Shown here: positions 49,479 to 61,110 of the stretch, in pieces
Position numbering within the stretch: the stretch's first letter is position 1
Layout of the letters: every line of letters starts with the position of its first letter
Assembly (NCBI GenBank): GCA_963793425.1
Contig: CAWCAG010000005.1
Location: 2,080,001-2,144,000, forward strand
Source: an uncultured cyanobacterium
GTDB lineage: Bacteria; Cyanobacteriota; Cyanobacteriia; Cyanobacteriales; CAWCAG01
Length of the DNA stretch: 64,000 nt
Reading direction: 5' to 3'
Notes under the pieces: generated by a model
The model's input: the letters and a program-made list of their open reading frames with translations, nothing else
The model's database searches: none
What the model was told of the DNA's origin: nothing
Translations under genes and position numbers: made by a program

Positions 49479-49861
49479 ATTGAAATGACTATACTACTGT
49501 CTACGATGCAATAATGTTCTTCAAGGAAAAGGCAACTCAAAATAAACCAGATTGTCTGAAAACTCCAGATGGAGTAACTCACCCTGTATAGAGCAAAAGT
49601 CTAACCCACGCATTTGCTTAATTAGTTGCTGATTAGTTGGAACGGGTTTTTGTTAAGATTTTGGCTAACTCTTGATTCAAAAGAACTCGTTTTTACTAGT
49701 TGAAAATTGCCGATCAATTAAGTCAGTTTTAAGATCAAGCCCATTTTATTACGGCAACCCTAAAGCCTAATCTTCCGTCTTAAACATTAACTGTCTATAG
49801 AAAGTCGTATTTAGTACAAGCATTTTTTTTGCTGTAGGCTAAACTGATAACTAAAATTACT

Positions 49862-50212
49862 ATGGAAACAAGGATGAAAAAAACTACTAATAACTTAGGG
49901 AAACTATTATTTAGCCTTAGTGCAGCATTCATTTTAGGAGCGATCGCCCAACAAGCCTCTTTTGCCCAAACCACAAATCCTGGTGAAGAAGATCCCTTCC
50001 CTTCCAATGAACAAGATTCCATTTTTGGGGGAGAAAATTTTAATCCTTTTGATTTAATCCATAACTCCAATCTACGCAGTGGCACTACCGGAGAAGAGTT
50101 TCGCAAAAATGCCAATGAAGAAATTGATGATGCGGCTGAAGAATTCAGACGCTTACAAAAAGAGAGACTTCAACAAAGCCTAGAACAATCTTCTCCGGCA
50201 GTAAGTGAGTAA
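49862..50212 (+). CDS. Exported hypothetical protein
   Basis: Signal peptide ASFA|Q; NPFDLIH motif. Confidence 0.75.
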   Translation: METRMKKTTNNLGKLLFSLSAAFILGAIAQQASFAQTTNPGEEDPFPSNEQDSIFGGENFNPFDLIHNSNLRSGTTGEEFRKNANEEIDDAAEEFRRLQKERLQQSLEQSSPAVSE

Positions 50213-50239
50213 AAGAAAAGGCAACGGGATAACAATGCA

Positions 50240-50320
50240 AAGTAATAAGTAATAAGTAATAAGTAATAAGTAATAAGTTGGACATAAACACTATTACCCA
50301 TTACCCATTACCCATTACCT
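50240..50320. repeat. (AAGTAAT)x5.5 and (ATTACCC)x4 heptamer tracts between convergent genes
   Basis: Read directly; GTAAT and ATTAC cores are complementary, so the tracts can form a hairpin. Confidence 0.9.
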
Positions 50321-50330
50321 TCGGTGATAG

Positions 50331-50765
50331 TTAACTATTCAGAGCTAAAATATCCTCAGCGTGGCTACTGGTATTCACCTTAGTATCAACATGGCTAATT
50401 TTGCCTTGAGGATCAATAACATAGGTAACTCGCTTAGCATAACCACCGCCTTCAACATCATAGGCTTTAGTAATTGCCCCATCGGTATCTACTAAAAGTT
50501 GAAAAGGCAAGCCATACTTTTCCTTAAACTTTTTATGGGAAGCTTCATCATCCATACTTACCCCTAAGACGACCATATCCTTCCCTTCATAGTCGCTATA
50601 CTTATCTCGGAAACCTTGAGCTTCTTTAGTGCAACCAGGAGTATCATCTTTAGGATAAAAATACATGACGACAACTTTTCCCTGGAAATCAGTTAAAGAA
50701 ACAGTTTTACCTTGATCATCTGTAGTCGTGAAATTTGGTGCATCATTGCCGACTGCTAAAGCCAT
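50331..50765 (-). CDS. Peroxiredoxin Q / BCP (single Cys)
   Basis: YFYPKDDTPGCTKEA, KRVTYVID. Confidence 0.93.
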   Translation of the reverse strand: MALAVGNDAPNFTTTDDQGKTVSLTDFQGKVVVMYFYPKDDTPGCTKEAQGFRDKYSDYEGKDMVVLGVSMDDEASHKKFKEKYGLPFQLLVDTDGAITKAYDVEGGGYAKRVTYVIDPQGKISHVDTKVNTSSHAEDILALNS

Positions 50766-50880
50766 GAACTTTTCCCCAATGTAATACTAGTATTTTTGTT
50801 AATAAATTTTACAGTAGTTCGTCGCTATTCCTAAACTAGATAGTTGAGTCTTCCATCAAACCAAAGACAAAAAAAACTTA

Positions 50881-51291
50881 ATGACTTCAACTCCCACCCA
50901 GGTCAAAACAGCAATTCAATATTCCCCTAGTACTATCAAAAGGGCAGAAAAGGCTCTCTGCTGTTCTCCATTCCATCTCGCTTTATTCGCTACTATGGCT
51001 AAAACCAGTGTACCCATAAGCGCGATCGCCTCTCACCAGGGCTACCAAGCAAGCTATACAAAAAAAATCCTCTCAGAAAGCACTGCCCAAAGCAATTTAG
51101 CTTGGTTAATCCAAGTGGGTTTGCTACGGCGAGAAGTTGATGGGCAGGGAATTACTGATAGCTTTCGCTTAACACCTCTAGGCAGACAACTAGTAGCAAA
51201 ATGGGAAAATCTCGGCGGTTCTTGGCCGGAGCCTTCTTGGTTAGATCGTATCATTAATGCTATTAGTCGTTGGGTGCGTCTACCAATTTAA
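50881..51291 (+). CDS. Conserved cyanobacterial winged-helix-like protein (Npun_F0494 family-like)
   Basis: WLIQVGLLRREVDGQGITDSFRLTPLG. Confidence 0.8.
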   Translation: MTSTPTQVKTAIQYSPSTIKRAEKALCCSPFHLALFATMAKTSVPISAIASHQGYQASYTKKILSESTAQSNLAWLIQVGLLRREVDGQGITDSFRLTPLGRQLVAKWENLGGSWPEPSWLDRIINAISRWVRLPI

Positions 51292-51432
51292 GAGCTTAAT
51301 TACTTGTTAAGGGTAACCTTAAAAAACAAATATCCCTAAATTTGAAATTAACAAAACGGGTTGTTCCTGACACAGTATCTAAACTTAAGCATGATTCTTT
51401 GTGGAAATCTCTAACTACTGAATACCTGATTT

Positions 51433-52914
51433 ATGAAAGCAATTATGGTGGTGGGAACAACCTCCCATGCAGGAAAATCTTTGCTTACTGCTGCTTTGTG
51501 CCGCATTCTCTCTCGACGCGGTTGGCGTGTTACCCCTTTTAAGGGGCAAAACATGGCCCTCAACGCCTACGTAACCGCCAATGGAGGTGAAATTGGTTTT
51601 GCCCAAGCGGTACAAGCGTGGGCGGCTGGAGTGATGCCCTGGGTGGAAATGAACCCGATTCTACTTAAGCCCCAAGGAGATAGCACTTCTCAAGTAATTA
51701 TGCAAGGTAAAGCCATCGGTACAACCAACGCCTCTGAATATTATGAAAAGTACTTTGATTTGGGCTGGAAAGCCATTGAAGAGTCTTTAGGCAGGTTGAG
51801 TCGGGAATTTGATCTGGTAGTGTGTGAAGGGGCAGGCAGCCCAGTAGAGGTGAATCTTAAGCACCGCGATCTTACCAATATGCGAGTTGCTCAATATTTG
51901 GATGCTCCGACTCTATTGGTGGTAGATATAGATAGAGGGGGGGCTTTTGCCCAAGTTGTCGGAACCTTAGAGTTGCTGGAACCAGAAGAAAGAAAATTAA
52001 TCAAAGGAGTTGTGATTAATAAATTTCGTGGTCAACGCTCTATCCTAGAACCAGGGCTTAAATGGTTAGAAGAACGTACTGGAATACCTGTGGTAGGAGT
52101 TATTCCTTGGATCGAAGGGATTTTTCCTGCGGAAGATTCCCTAGATTTGTTAGAAAGAAATATTAAGAAACAAGACGGGGATATTAAAATCTCAATTTTG
52201 CGCTTACCCCGCATTTCTAACTTCACAGACTTTGATCCCCTAGAAGCAGAATCAAGCGTAGCAGTTAAGTACGTTTATCCTCAAGAATCCCTCGGCCATC
52301 CCGATGCAGTAATTATCCCCGGAACCAAAACCACTATCTCCGATCTTAGATATCTCCAAGCTAGTGGTATGGCTTTACAATTGAAGCAGTATGCAGCGGC
52401 AGGGGGGACAATTTTGGGCATTTGCGGCGGCTTCCAAATGTTAGGTAAAACTTTGAGTGATACTGAAGGAGTTGAAGGAGAAGCAGGAAGTTGCCCCGGT
52501 TTAGGGCTATTGCCCCTCCAAACCATGATGCAAGCTAACAAGATTGCCCGTCAGCGTTTAGTAACTTCCAACTATCCTGAAGCTGGCTTACCTGTAGAAG
52601 GGTACGAGATTCATCAAGGGCGTAGTAAGTCTTTGAATTCCCCTAGACAAGAAGCTGATTTTTATCCTCTCTTTGATGATCCTAGTTTGGGCATTGTGGA
52701 TAAAACCCAATCAATTTGGGGTTGTTATCTCCATGGCTTATTTGATAATGGCCCCTGGCGGCGAACTTGGTTAAATCAACTGCGGCATCAACGAGGGTTA
52801 GTTTCTTTAGCAACGGGTATTCCTAATTACCGCGAAGAAAGAGAAGCTGTTTTAGATTCTTTAGCTGATTTAGTAGAACAGCATTTAGATTTAACTCCCT
52901 TGTTACCAAGTTAG
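51433..52914 (+). CDS. cobQ: Cobyric acid synthase
   Basis: IMVVGTTSHAGKS, PFKGQNM, MNPILLKP, EGAGSP, DIDRGG, ISNFTDFDPL, GICGG, GYEIH, YLHG. Confidence 0.97.
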   Translation: MKAIMVVGTTSHAGKSLLTAALCRILSRRGWRVTPFKGQNMALNAYVTANGGEIGFAQAVQAWAAGVMPWVEMNPILLKPQGDSTSQVIMQGKAIGTTNASEYYEKYFDLGWKAIEESLGRLSREFDLVVCEGAGSPVEVNLKHRDLTNMRVAQYLDAPTLLVVDIDRGGAFAQVVGTLELLEPEERKLIKGVVINKFRGQRSILEPGLKWLEERTGIPVVGVIPWIEGIFPAEDSLDLLERNIKKQDGDIKISILRLPRISNFTDFDPLEAESSVAVKYVYPQESLGHPDAVIIPGTKTTISDLRYLQASGMALQLKQYAAAGGTILGICGGFQMLGKTLSDTEGVEGEAGSCPGLGLLPLQTMMQANKIARQRLVTSNYPEAGLPVEGYEIHQGRSKSLNSPRQEADFYPLFDDPSLGIVDKTQSIWGCYLHGLFDNGPWRRTWLNQLRHQRGLVSLATGIPNYREEREAVLDSLADLVEQHLDLTPLLPS

Positions 52915-53001
52915 TGTTATTGCTAACTGCTAATTGCTAATTGCTAGTTGTTTTCTCCTCAGTCTTTCTATCCCACTACTCATCCTTTTCCTTATAAAAA
53001 A

Positions 53002-53241
53002 ATGAGTGTTCAAGTTAAGTTTTTACCAGATAATATTGTAGTTGTAGCAGAACCCGGAGAACCTATGCTGGAGGTTGCAGAAAGGGCTGGGGTATTTATT
53101 GCCACAGGTTGCTTGATGGGTTCTTGTCATGCTTGCGAAGTTGAATTAGAAGATGGTACACCTATTTGTACTTGTATTACCGCTGTTCCGGAGGGGAAAG
53201 AAGAGTTGATTATTAATCTTGAATTTGACCCTAATTGGTAG
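53002..53241 (+). CDS. Small 2Fe-2S cluster protein
   Basis: TGCLMGSCHAC...C; ATG 53002. Confidence 0.85.
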   Translation: MSVQVKFLPDNIVVVAEPGEPMLEVAERAGVFIATGCLMGSCHACEVELEDGTPICTCITAVPEGKEELIINLEFDPNW

Positions 53242-53260
53242 AATCATTTAATTAAGCTGT

Positions 53261-53875
53261 ATGCCTACCGCAATTACAGAAGCAATTATAACTTTGGCAG
53301 AAGCAGAGAGGCTGTTTAATCTTCAACGTACCGAAGACGAACAATTTTTCTCAGAGTGGCATGAAGATTTGCCCAAGCTTACAGATACAGAAAAGATAAC
53401 ATTAAATGAGTTGAGGCGACGTTATCTTTATCAACGTACTGAAAACCATTTGCTGGAAGGAACAGTCCTACTTTTGTTGGTTTCCCCTTTATTGGCAATT
53501 GCCGGTTTCTATGATCCGCCATATAAAGTGAAAGCAGAAGAATCAGTGCAAATAACCCTTAATGATAGTGAAGAAGTGCTAAAAGGGCGGATTGATGTGT
53601 TAGTACTAGAGAATCAGCTTTGGGTAGTGATTCTCGAATCGAAAAAGACTGCACTTTCAGTTTTGTCTGCATTGCCACAAACCCTCGCCTATTTAATGGC
53701 GAATCCACAGCCAGAACAACCCAGCTTTGCCATGATGACCAATGGCGATAATATTTTGTTTCTCAAACTGGTACAAGCAGATCATCGGCAATATAGCCTT
53801 TCCAGGGTATTTGCACCATTTGTCTCAAATCAAGAACTTTACAGTGTTTGGCAAATTCTCAAATCAATAACTTGA
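53261..53875 (+). CDS. Restriction-endonuclease-like (HsdR N-terminal-like) protein
   Basis: LKGRIDVLV, ILESK, LPQTLAY, MTNG. Confidence 0.8.
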   Translation: MPTAITEAIITLAEAERLFNLQRTEDEQFFSEWHEDLPKLTDTEKITLNELRRRYLYQRTENHLLEGTVLLLLVSPLLAIAGFYDPPYKVKAEESVQITLNDSEEVLKGRIDVLVLENQLWVVILESKKTALSVLSALPQTLAYLMANPQPEQPSFAMMTNGDNILFLKLVQADHRQYSLSRVFAPFVSNQELYSVWQILKSIT

Positions 53876-53936
53876 AAGCAAATGATAAATGATGAATGAT
53901 AAATGTAATACGCCTCTTGAGTTTTGACTTGAAATT

Positions 53937-56900
53937 ATGGCCAAACTAGTAATCCTCGATTTTGAAGGTGACTTGCCTCAAGGTGTAGCAGTCACCATGG
54001 AAATTCGTGAGGATAATATTGGTGCTTTTAGTCAAATCCGGGCTAAGGGAAAGTTGCCCCCTGCCCCTTATTTAGCAGAGGAATATCAACATTGGCAGAG
54101 CCTGTATCGTAATTTGGCTTTCCTGTTTCGTTTAGAAGATCGTTCTTTGGGGGCAAACAATGGTTCCGATGGGGGAAGTGTTGAGGAATGTCGCCAAGCT
54201 GGAGAAATTTTAGCTAAAAGTCTCAATAATTGGTTGAAAAGCGACTCCTTTCGTCCGATTTGGGAAAAGTTATTAGAAAAGCTTCAAAGTCGGGAAATTA
54301 TTAGATTAATTTTACAGGTAGAATCTTTACCTTTGCGCCGCTTGCCTTGGCATCTGTGGGAGTTTTTCAACCGTTATCCTAAAGCAGAATTAGCCCTTAG
54401 CGCCCCAGCTTATGAACGGGCAGTAACCAGAAAACATCAGCGAGAACATAAACGTATTTTAGCAGTTTTCGGTAATTCTCAAGGCATTGATGTTGCAGCA
54501 GACCGCAAATTGTTAGCTAGTTTACCTGCGATCGCCGAGACAGTTTTTTTGCTGGAACCTCAACCCCAAGAGTTACATCATTGGTTATGGGATGAACAGG
54601 GTTGGGATCTACTTTTTTTTGCCGGACATAGTGGTAGTGATGGGGCAGGAAAAAAGGGGACAATTAAGCTTAATAGCCGGGATTATTTGAGTTTAGATCG
54701 CTTAAGTAATGGCTTGAAAACAGCTATTTCCAGGGGTTTACAGCTAGCCATTTTCAATTCCTGTGATGGCTTGGGTTTAGCAAAAGAGTTAGAGACTTTG
54801 CATATTCCTCAAATCATTGTCATGCGGGAACCTGTACCTGATGTGGTGGCACAGGAATTTTTGAAATACTTCCTGGCTGCTTTTGCGAAGGGCAATTCTT
54901 TATATTTAGCAGTCAGGGAAGGGAGAGAGAAGTTACAAAGTCTGGAAGAACAATGTCCTTGTGCCACTTGGTTACCAGTTATTTGCCAAAATCCGACGGT
55001 GGAACCTTTAGCTTGGCAGCCTCTTTCTGATGAGACAAGCATTCCCTGTCCCTATCTTGGTTTAGCCGCTTTTCGTGAACATGATGCAGACTATTTTTTT
55101 GGGCGAGATACTTTTACCAATAGATTATGGCAAGGTGTACACCAGAAACCTTTGGTAGCAGTAATTGGCCCTTCTGGTAGCGGTAAATCCTCGGTGGTTT
55201 TTGCCGGGTTGATTCCTCGCTTACGAAGTGAGGGAAATTGGTTAATTGTCGCTTTTCGCCCCGGCGATCGCCCTTTTATTAAATTAGCAGAACAACTCAT
55301 CCCTTTCCTAGAAACACAATTAAGAGAAACAGAACAGTTGATTGAAGTTGGTAAGCTGGCTACTGCTTTACAACAGGGAAACATAGAACTTACTACGGTA
55401 GTAGAACGTATTCTCTCTAAATATCCTCAAGCAGAAAAACTACTTTTAGTTGCAGATCAGTTTGAAGAAATTTACACCCTCGCCTCTCAAGGTGAACATC
55501 TGCAACCGGAGGTTGCTTCCTTAGATACTTTAGTTACTAGCTGCAAACCCCAAGGAAAGTTGACTTTGATCTTCACTCTCTGGGCTAATTTTTTTGAATA
55601 TGTCCTTTCTTATCGCCCCTTAGCAGAAGCTTTGTATAAATATAACCCTGAACTTCTCGGTCTCATGAACTGAGAGGAGTTGCAGGAAGCAGTGGAAAAG
55701 CCGGCTACGGAATTGGGGGTAACTATTGCCCCCGGTTTAACTAAGAGGATTTTAGATGGAGTGGGAGAAGAGCCAGGCAATCTACCCTTATTAGAATTTG
55801 CTCTCACTCTGCTTTGGGAGCGTCAAGAAGACCGTTGTTTAACCCATCAGGCTTATGGGGCTATTGGTGGGGTGGAACAGGCTTTAGCAAGCTATGCAGA
55901 GCAAATTTATAGCAACCTGAAACCTGAACACCAGCAACAAGCAGGAGAACTTTTTACTCAATTAGTGCGACCAGGGGAAGGAACTGCTGACACCCGCAGG
56001 GTGGCAACAGAAGCAGAAGTTGGTGAGGATTTATGGGTTTTGGTTAACCATTTGGCCCAGACTCGTTTGGTGGTGACAGGGCAAGATGAAGCCACAAAGA
56101 GCAAAACAGTGGAAATCGTCCACGAAGCTTTAATTCAAGAATGGCAAAGATTGCGGCAGTGGTTAGAAGAAAATCGTCACTTCCGTATTTGGCAAGAAAG
56201 ATTAAGAATGGCTTTGCAGCGTTGGGAAAGTAGCGATCACGAAGTTGGTTTTTTGTTGCAGGGTACACCATTATTAGAGGCGAAAAGTTGGTTGCAACAA
56301 AGGTCATCTAGCCTGAGTTACCAGGAACAAGAGTTGATTGTAGCTAGTTTAAATCAGCAGGAACAAGCCCAAAATCACTTAGAAAGCCGCCGTCGCCGTA
56401 CCACAGCCTTCCTCACTAGTGGTTTGGTGGGCGGTTTTTTATTAGCGGGGTTTGCTACTTTGCAGTGGCAACGGGCAGAAATGAATGAGGTAGTGGCGCA
56501 ACTTAATGCTGCTACGGCTTCAGTGGAAGCCCAATTTGCTTCTAACAAAGAGATTGAAGCCTTACTTGCTAGCTTGAAAGCAGCTAAGCAGTTGCAGCAA
56601 TCTAGGGGTACTCAACCTGATACAAAGATGCGTATTGTAGCCACCTTACAACAAGTTATTTATGGTATTCGGGAGTATAACATTTTAGAAGGTCATGAAC
56701 GCAGTGCTATTAGTGTTAGTTTTAGTCCTGACGGTAAGCTAATTGCTTCTGGTGGTGATGATGCAACCGTGAGAATTTGGCAGCGAGATGGTCGAGGAAT
56801 TGCTACTTTAAGAGGCCACGAAGATAGTATTAGGAGTGTAGCTTGGAGTCCTGATGGTAAGTGGCTGGCTTCTGGTAGCTATGACAAAATCATTCAACTT

Positions 56901-58024
56901 TGGCGCTTAGATGGTACATTGCTAGCAACTTTGCCAGGGCATACAGGTTCAGTAAATAGCCTAAGTTTTAGTGACGATAGCAAATTACTTGCTTCCGGGG
57001 GAACTGATGCCCAAGTTAAGTTGTGGCAGGTGAATACAACTACAGGAAAAGCTACCCTTTGGCAAACCCTATCTGCCCATGAAGGGAAAGTTTGGGATCT
57101 TAATTTTAGTCCTGATAGTAATCTCCTGGCTTCTGCTGGGGCTGACAAAACCATCCAACTTTGGGAAATAGATACAGCAAAGCTAGAAATCAAACCCCTA
57201 GAAGCCTTGAAGGATCATAACTCTTCTATTTACAGTGTAGCTTGGAGTCCTGATGGCAACAGCATCGCCTCTGCTAGTGCAGACACAACTATTAAACTCT
57301 GGCATCCTCGTCTGCAACCCTTAAATAAGTTCACTGAACACGAAGCAAAAATCAGGGATGTTGCTTTAAATCCAGAAGGAACAATGATTGCCTCCGCTGA
57401 TGAAGCCGGAATTATTAAACTGCGATCGCTAAACAATCCAGTTTCCGTACAAACTATTCAAGGACATAATGATGTAATTACTCAAATTACTTGGCTACCC
57501 AATGGGAAAAATTTCGCTTCTGCAAGCTTAGATGGAACCATCAAACTTTGGCAAAGTAATGGCCAGTTAAAGGTGAACTGTTACGAACTTTGAAAGGTCA
57601 TACCAATCAAGTTAGAAGTATCGTCTTTAGCTCTGACAATCGCCTTATTGCTTCTAGTAGTGATGATCATACTATTAAGTTATGGAGTCTTCAAGGAAGC
57701 TTATTAAAAACTTTGAGAGGACATGAAGGGGGAGTTAATAGCCTTAGTTTTAGCGCTGATGGTAAAAGTCTTATCTCCGCTAGTGACGACGGTATAGCGA
57801 TTCTTAGGCTAGTGAGGTACAGCCTGGTTTTTGCGCTTTGGCTAGTGGCTAGTGGAAATGTACCTCATCAGTCCGAGAAAGGCTATATAATAATTACTTG
57901 GAACCTAGATTTAACTGACTTATTTAACCAAGGTTGTACCTGGTTAAAAGATTATCTCCACAACAATCCTAATCTTAGTCAGAGCGATCGCCGGGTGTGT
58001 GATTCTGTTGTTAAGTATCCCTAA
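53937..58024 (+). pseudogene. CHAT protease - STAND NTPase - TM - WD40 gene with nonsense codon (55671-55673), frameshift (~57575) and MITE insertion
   Basis: FAGHS / IFNSCDG dyad; CPYLGL..F, FFGR, GPSGSGKSS, DQFEE; LMN*EELQ in frame; LPLLEFAL, VHEALI; GH...W WD40 repeats. Confidence 0.85.
57795..57885. mobile_element. 91-bp MITE with TA target duplication
   Basis: Imperfect TIRs TAGCGATTCTTAGGCTAGTGAGGTACA / TGTACCTCATCAGTCCGAGAAAGGCTA flanked by TA at 57793-94 and 57886-87; removal restores DDGIIITWNLDL. Confidence 0.85.
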
Positions 58025-58036
58025 ACTGTAACTACC

Positions 58037-58261
58037 CTAGCGATTTCTACTATTAATTACCGCAGCAAAAAGCAGATAACCTAAACCAGCAGCAAGGGCA
58101 ACCTCTTCTAACCATTTACTACCAGAATATCTATACCAACGAGAAAAACCTTCCAAAGCACGTAGAATTGATTCAATACCCCAACCTAAAGCTTGGAGAC
58201 TCAAATAAACCAACGCGGCTATACCTAGAGCTTGGATAAAAGTGTTTTTGAATAGATTCAT
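58037..58261 (-). CDS. Small two-TM hypothetical protein
   Basis: 74-aa ORF from ATG 58261 with two hydrophobic segments. Confidence 0.55.
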   Translation of the reverse strand: MNLFKNTFIQALGIAALVYLSLQALGWGIESILRALEGFSRWYRYSGSKWLEEVALAAGLGYLLFAAVINSRNR

Positions 58262-58542
58262 TATCTTGATTTCTCTAACTACACTAATAGTAATTCCCAA
58301 AAGCTAGAGTGAAAATTAAATATAAAGAATTTTTTTCAACTTGTCTGCTATATAAGAGCATAGTTGAAAGTCTTTTTTTAACATCTGTTCTAGAGCTTTT
58401 ATACACTATGCGATCGCATAGTTTGTGAATCTGTTATCAACAATCCCTTGATCATAACCATAGATTTCTGATCAAGGTCAGCGATTCTTGATATCCTTGT
58501 AGAAGTTATCTACGGAGTTTTCTCTAGCCAACTCCTCACTTC

Positions 58543-58568
58543 CCCAATCCCAATCCCAATCCCAATCC
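58543..58568. repeat. (CCCAAT)x4 tandem repeat
   Basis: Read directly. Confidence 0.85.
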
Positions 58569-58595
58569 TTGTCGCAAAGCGACACTCGATAAAGC

Positions 58596-58964
58596 ATGAG
58601 AGTTTTTCACACCATCCGCATCTACAATCGCCAAACTGGAGCCGTACATACATTAGAAGTACCAGAGGATCAATATATCCTTACTAGCGCTGAAGAACAA
58701 GGCGTATCCTTACCTTTCTCCTGTCGTAATGGCGCTTGTACAACCTGTGCTGTGAGGGTGATTGGCGGGGAAATATATCAACCAGAAGCCATGGGATTAT
58801 CTCCCCAACTCCAAGAAAAAGGTTACGCTCTTTTGTGTGTAGGTTATCCTCGTTCTGATCTTGAAGTAGAAACTCAGAATGAAGATGAGGTTTACGAACT
58901 TCAATTTGGACAATATTTTGCGAAGGGAAAGGTGTGGTTTGGTTTGCCTTTGGATGAGGATTAA
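58596..58964 (+). CDS. 2Fe-2S ferredoxin with C-terminal extension (Fed2/FdC2-like)
   Basis: LPFSCRNGACTTCA, ALLCV, EDEVYELQFG...DED. Confidence 0.9.
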   Translation: MRVFHTIRIYNRQTGAVHTLEVPEDQYILTSAEEQGVSLPFSCRNGACTTCAVRVIGGEIYQPEAMGLSPQLQEKGYALLCVGYPRSDLEVETQNEDEVYELQFGQYFAKGKVWFGLPLDED

Positions 58965-59490
58965 AGCTATTATTTTGCTGAGTTGCACCTTAATGCTTTG
59001 GGGTTGTGGTTCCCCTCAACCTCCTGTGGGAGTAACAGCAAAGGTACAGAGGGTAGTTACCGGACAAAGTATTGAGGTTGTAGAACAATCTCAACAGCAA
59101 GCCTTAATTGAAAAAGTTAGACTTATTGGTATTGAATCTCCAGACTTGCAACAAACACCTTGGGGGCTTGAAGCGAGGGATAATTTAGCAGAGTTATTGG
59201 GAGAACTTCAAGGAGAACAATGGGTATTAGGGGAAGTGCTTTTAGAATTTGATTCTCAACAGAAAGACGATTTTGGCCGTCGTTTGGCATATGTTTGGCA
59301 TCGTAACCTTTTGGTTAATGAACAATTACTCAAAGCTGGATCTGTTCTAGTTAAAGCGCGATCGCCTAACAATAAATATCAAGAACGTCTCCAACGGGGG
59401 CAAGAATATGCTCGAATTATGGGGTATGGTATCTGGAATCCTCAACAGCCTCTACGTGAGACTCCAGAAGAGTTTCGTCAAAGGGAGTAA
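58954..59490 (+). CDS. Thermonuclease (SNase) family lipoprotein
   Basis: LWGC lipobox, KVRLIGIESP, DDFGRRLAYVW, VNEQLL, GIW; ATG 58954. Confidence 0.88.
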   Translation: MRIKAIILLSCTLMLWGCGSPQPPVGVTAKVQRVVTGQSIEVVEQSQQQALIEKVRLIGIESPDLQQTPWGLEARDNLAELLGELQGEQWVLGEVLLEFDSQQKDDFGRRLAYVWHRNLLVNEQLLKAGSVLVKARSPNNKYQERLQRGQEYARIMGYGIWNPQQPLRETPEEFRQRE

Positions 59491-59503
59491 TGAGAATTAG
59501 AGA

Positions 59504-60611
59504 TCAGTAATTAGCTTCAAAAACACAAACAGATTTATCAACTGGGCAAATTGGCTGTGCAATAGGATTTTCGGAAAGGGAAAGCCAACTTAGATTAGTT
59601 AATCCTGATAGAGAACTGACAGTTATGATTTGATTGCGATCAAGGATAAGTTGCTTTAGGTTTATGAGTTTTGCTAGAGGGGTAACATCTGTAATTTGAT
59701 TGCGATTAAGGTCAAGCTTCTCTAGATTAGTGAGTTCAGTCAGAGGTTGAATATCTGTGATTTGGTTGCCTGGGAGGTAAAGTTCTTTCAGATTTGAGAA
59801 TTCTGCTAGAACACTGATGTCCCTAATTTGATTAAAGCTGAGGTTAAGGTACTCTACATCTGCAAGTCCCGTTAGAGGAGTGACATCAGTAATTTGATTG
59901 CCCCAAATGGCAACCGTCTTGAGATTAATAAGTCCTGTTAGAGGGGTGACATCTGTGATCTGATTGTGATTGAGATTGAGGAATTCTAAATTTATTAGTT
60001 TGGCTATAAGGTGTTAGATTAGTAATTTCGTTGAGTCCCAGACCAAGTTCTTCTAAATTTGTAAGTCCTGCTAGAAAAGTAATATTCGTAATTTGGTTAT
60101 TAGTAAGGCCAAGTTTTTCTAAATTTGTGAGTTTTGCCAGAGGACTAAAATCTATAATTTGATTACCGAAGAGATAAAGTTCCTCTAGATTTGTAAGTTT
60201 TGTCAGAGAATTAATATCTGTAATTTGGTTATCACCGATATTAAGGAACTCTAGATTTATAAGTTGTACCAGAGAACTTGCATCTTTGATTGTGTTAGTG
60301 CTGAGATCAAGCAACCTTAGATTTGTGAGTGTTGCTAAAGGTGTAACATCTCTAATTTCCTTATTACTGAGATCAAGTTCTGTAAGGCTTACTAACTCGT
60401 TATTAGCTAATTCACAATCAGTTGTTCCTGCTTTCTCTAACAATACATCTACAGTTTTTCTTGCTGCGGGTGACAAATTCGCTTTTTGCAGACACCATTG
60501 TTGAAAAGAACTTCCTAAACGGGGATCAGCCGCTTGAGTTGCTTGTGTTCCCCAGGCAGTAAGCATTAATGTACTCAGTATCAAAACAGCCTTGCTAGTT
60601 AATTTCGCCAT
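59504..60611 (-). CDS. Secreted internalin-like LRR protein; frameshift near 60010
   Basis: Signal peptide, SFQQWC...TVDVLL...TTDC cap, 22-aa L..LTNL..L.L..NQI.DI repeats continuing in another frame to NP.AQPICPVDKSVCVFEANY* at 59504. Confidence 0.82.
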
Positions 60612-60670
60612 TGGTATATTTGTATGATTTCTACTTTGTGGTGCAAGTGTTTCTACAACTTTAACTAAGC

Positions 60671-60800
60671 TTATTCGGTTGAGAATGGGTCAAAAACACA
60701 AACCGATTCATCTAATGGGCAAACAGTGTTTGTAAGAGGATTTTTTCTCAGGAAAAGCCAAGTTAGATTGGTTAATTCTGACAGAGAACTAACATTTTAT
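60671..60800 (-). pseudogene. 3' fragment of an LRR paralog
   Basis: VSSLSELTNLTWLFLRKNPLTNTVCPLDESVCVFDPFSTE*, nearly identical to the tail of the 63388 gene. Confidence 0.75.
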
Positions 60801-61110
60801 GATTCTTTACTCAAAGACTATTGACTTTTATGTTCCCTAACTTTTAAACATTTTACTTTACCTTTTTATTGCTGTTTTTCTACTTATTTATAATTGCTTT
60901 AACTCCTCATTGCACATTTCCATTTCCTTCCATTTTCTCCCTGATTCTCCGCCATCATGTCAACTTTTTTCGACTACAGTTAGAGGTTTTACTTCTTTGT
61001 CTGTCTAAATCTCAGTATTAACTTATCATTAAAAAGTAGAGCTATATAGGTTATTAAATGGGGTTGTTCAAATTCTCACCAAGTTTCTTGTAGTATCTCT
61101 AGGAATTTTC

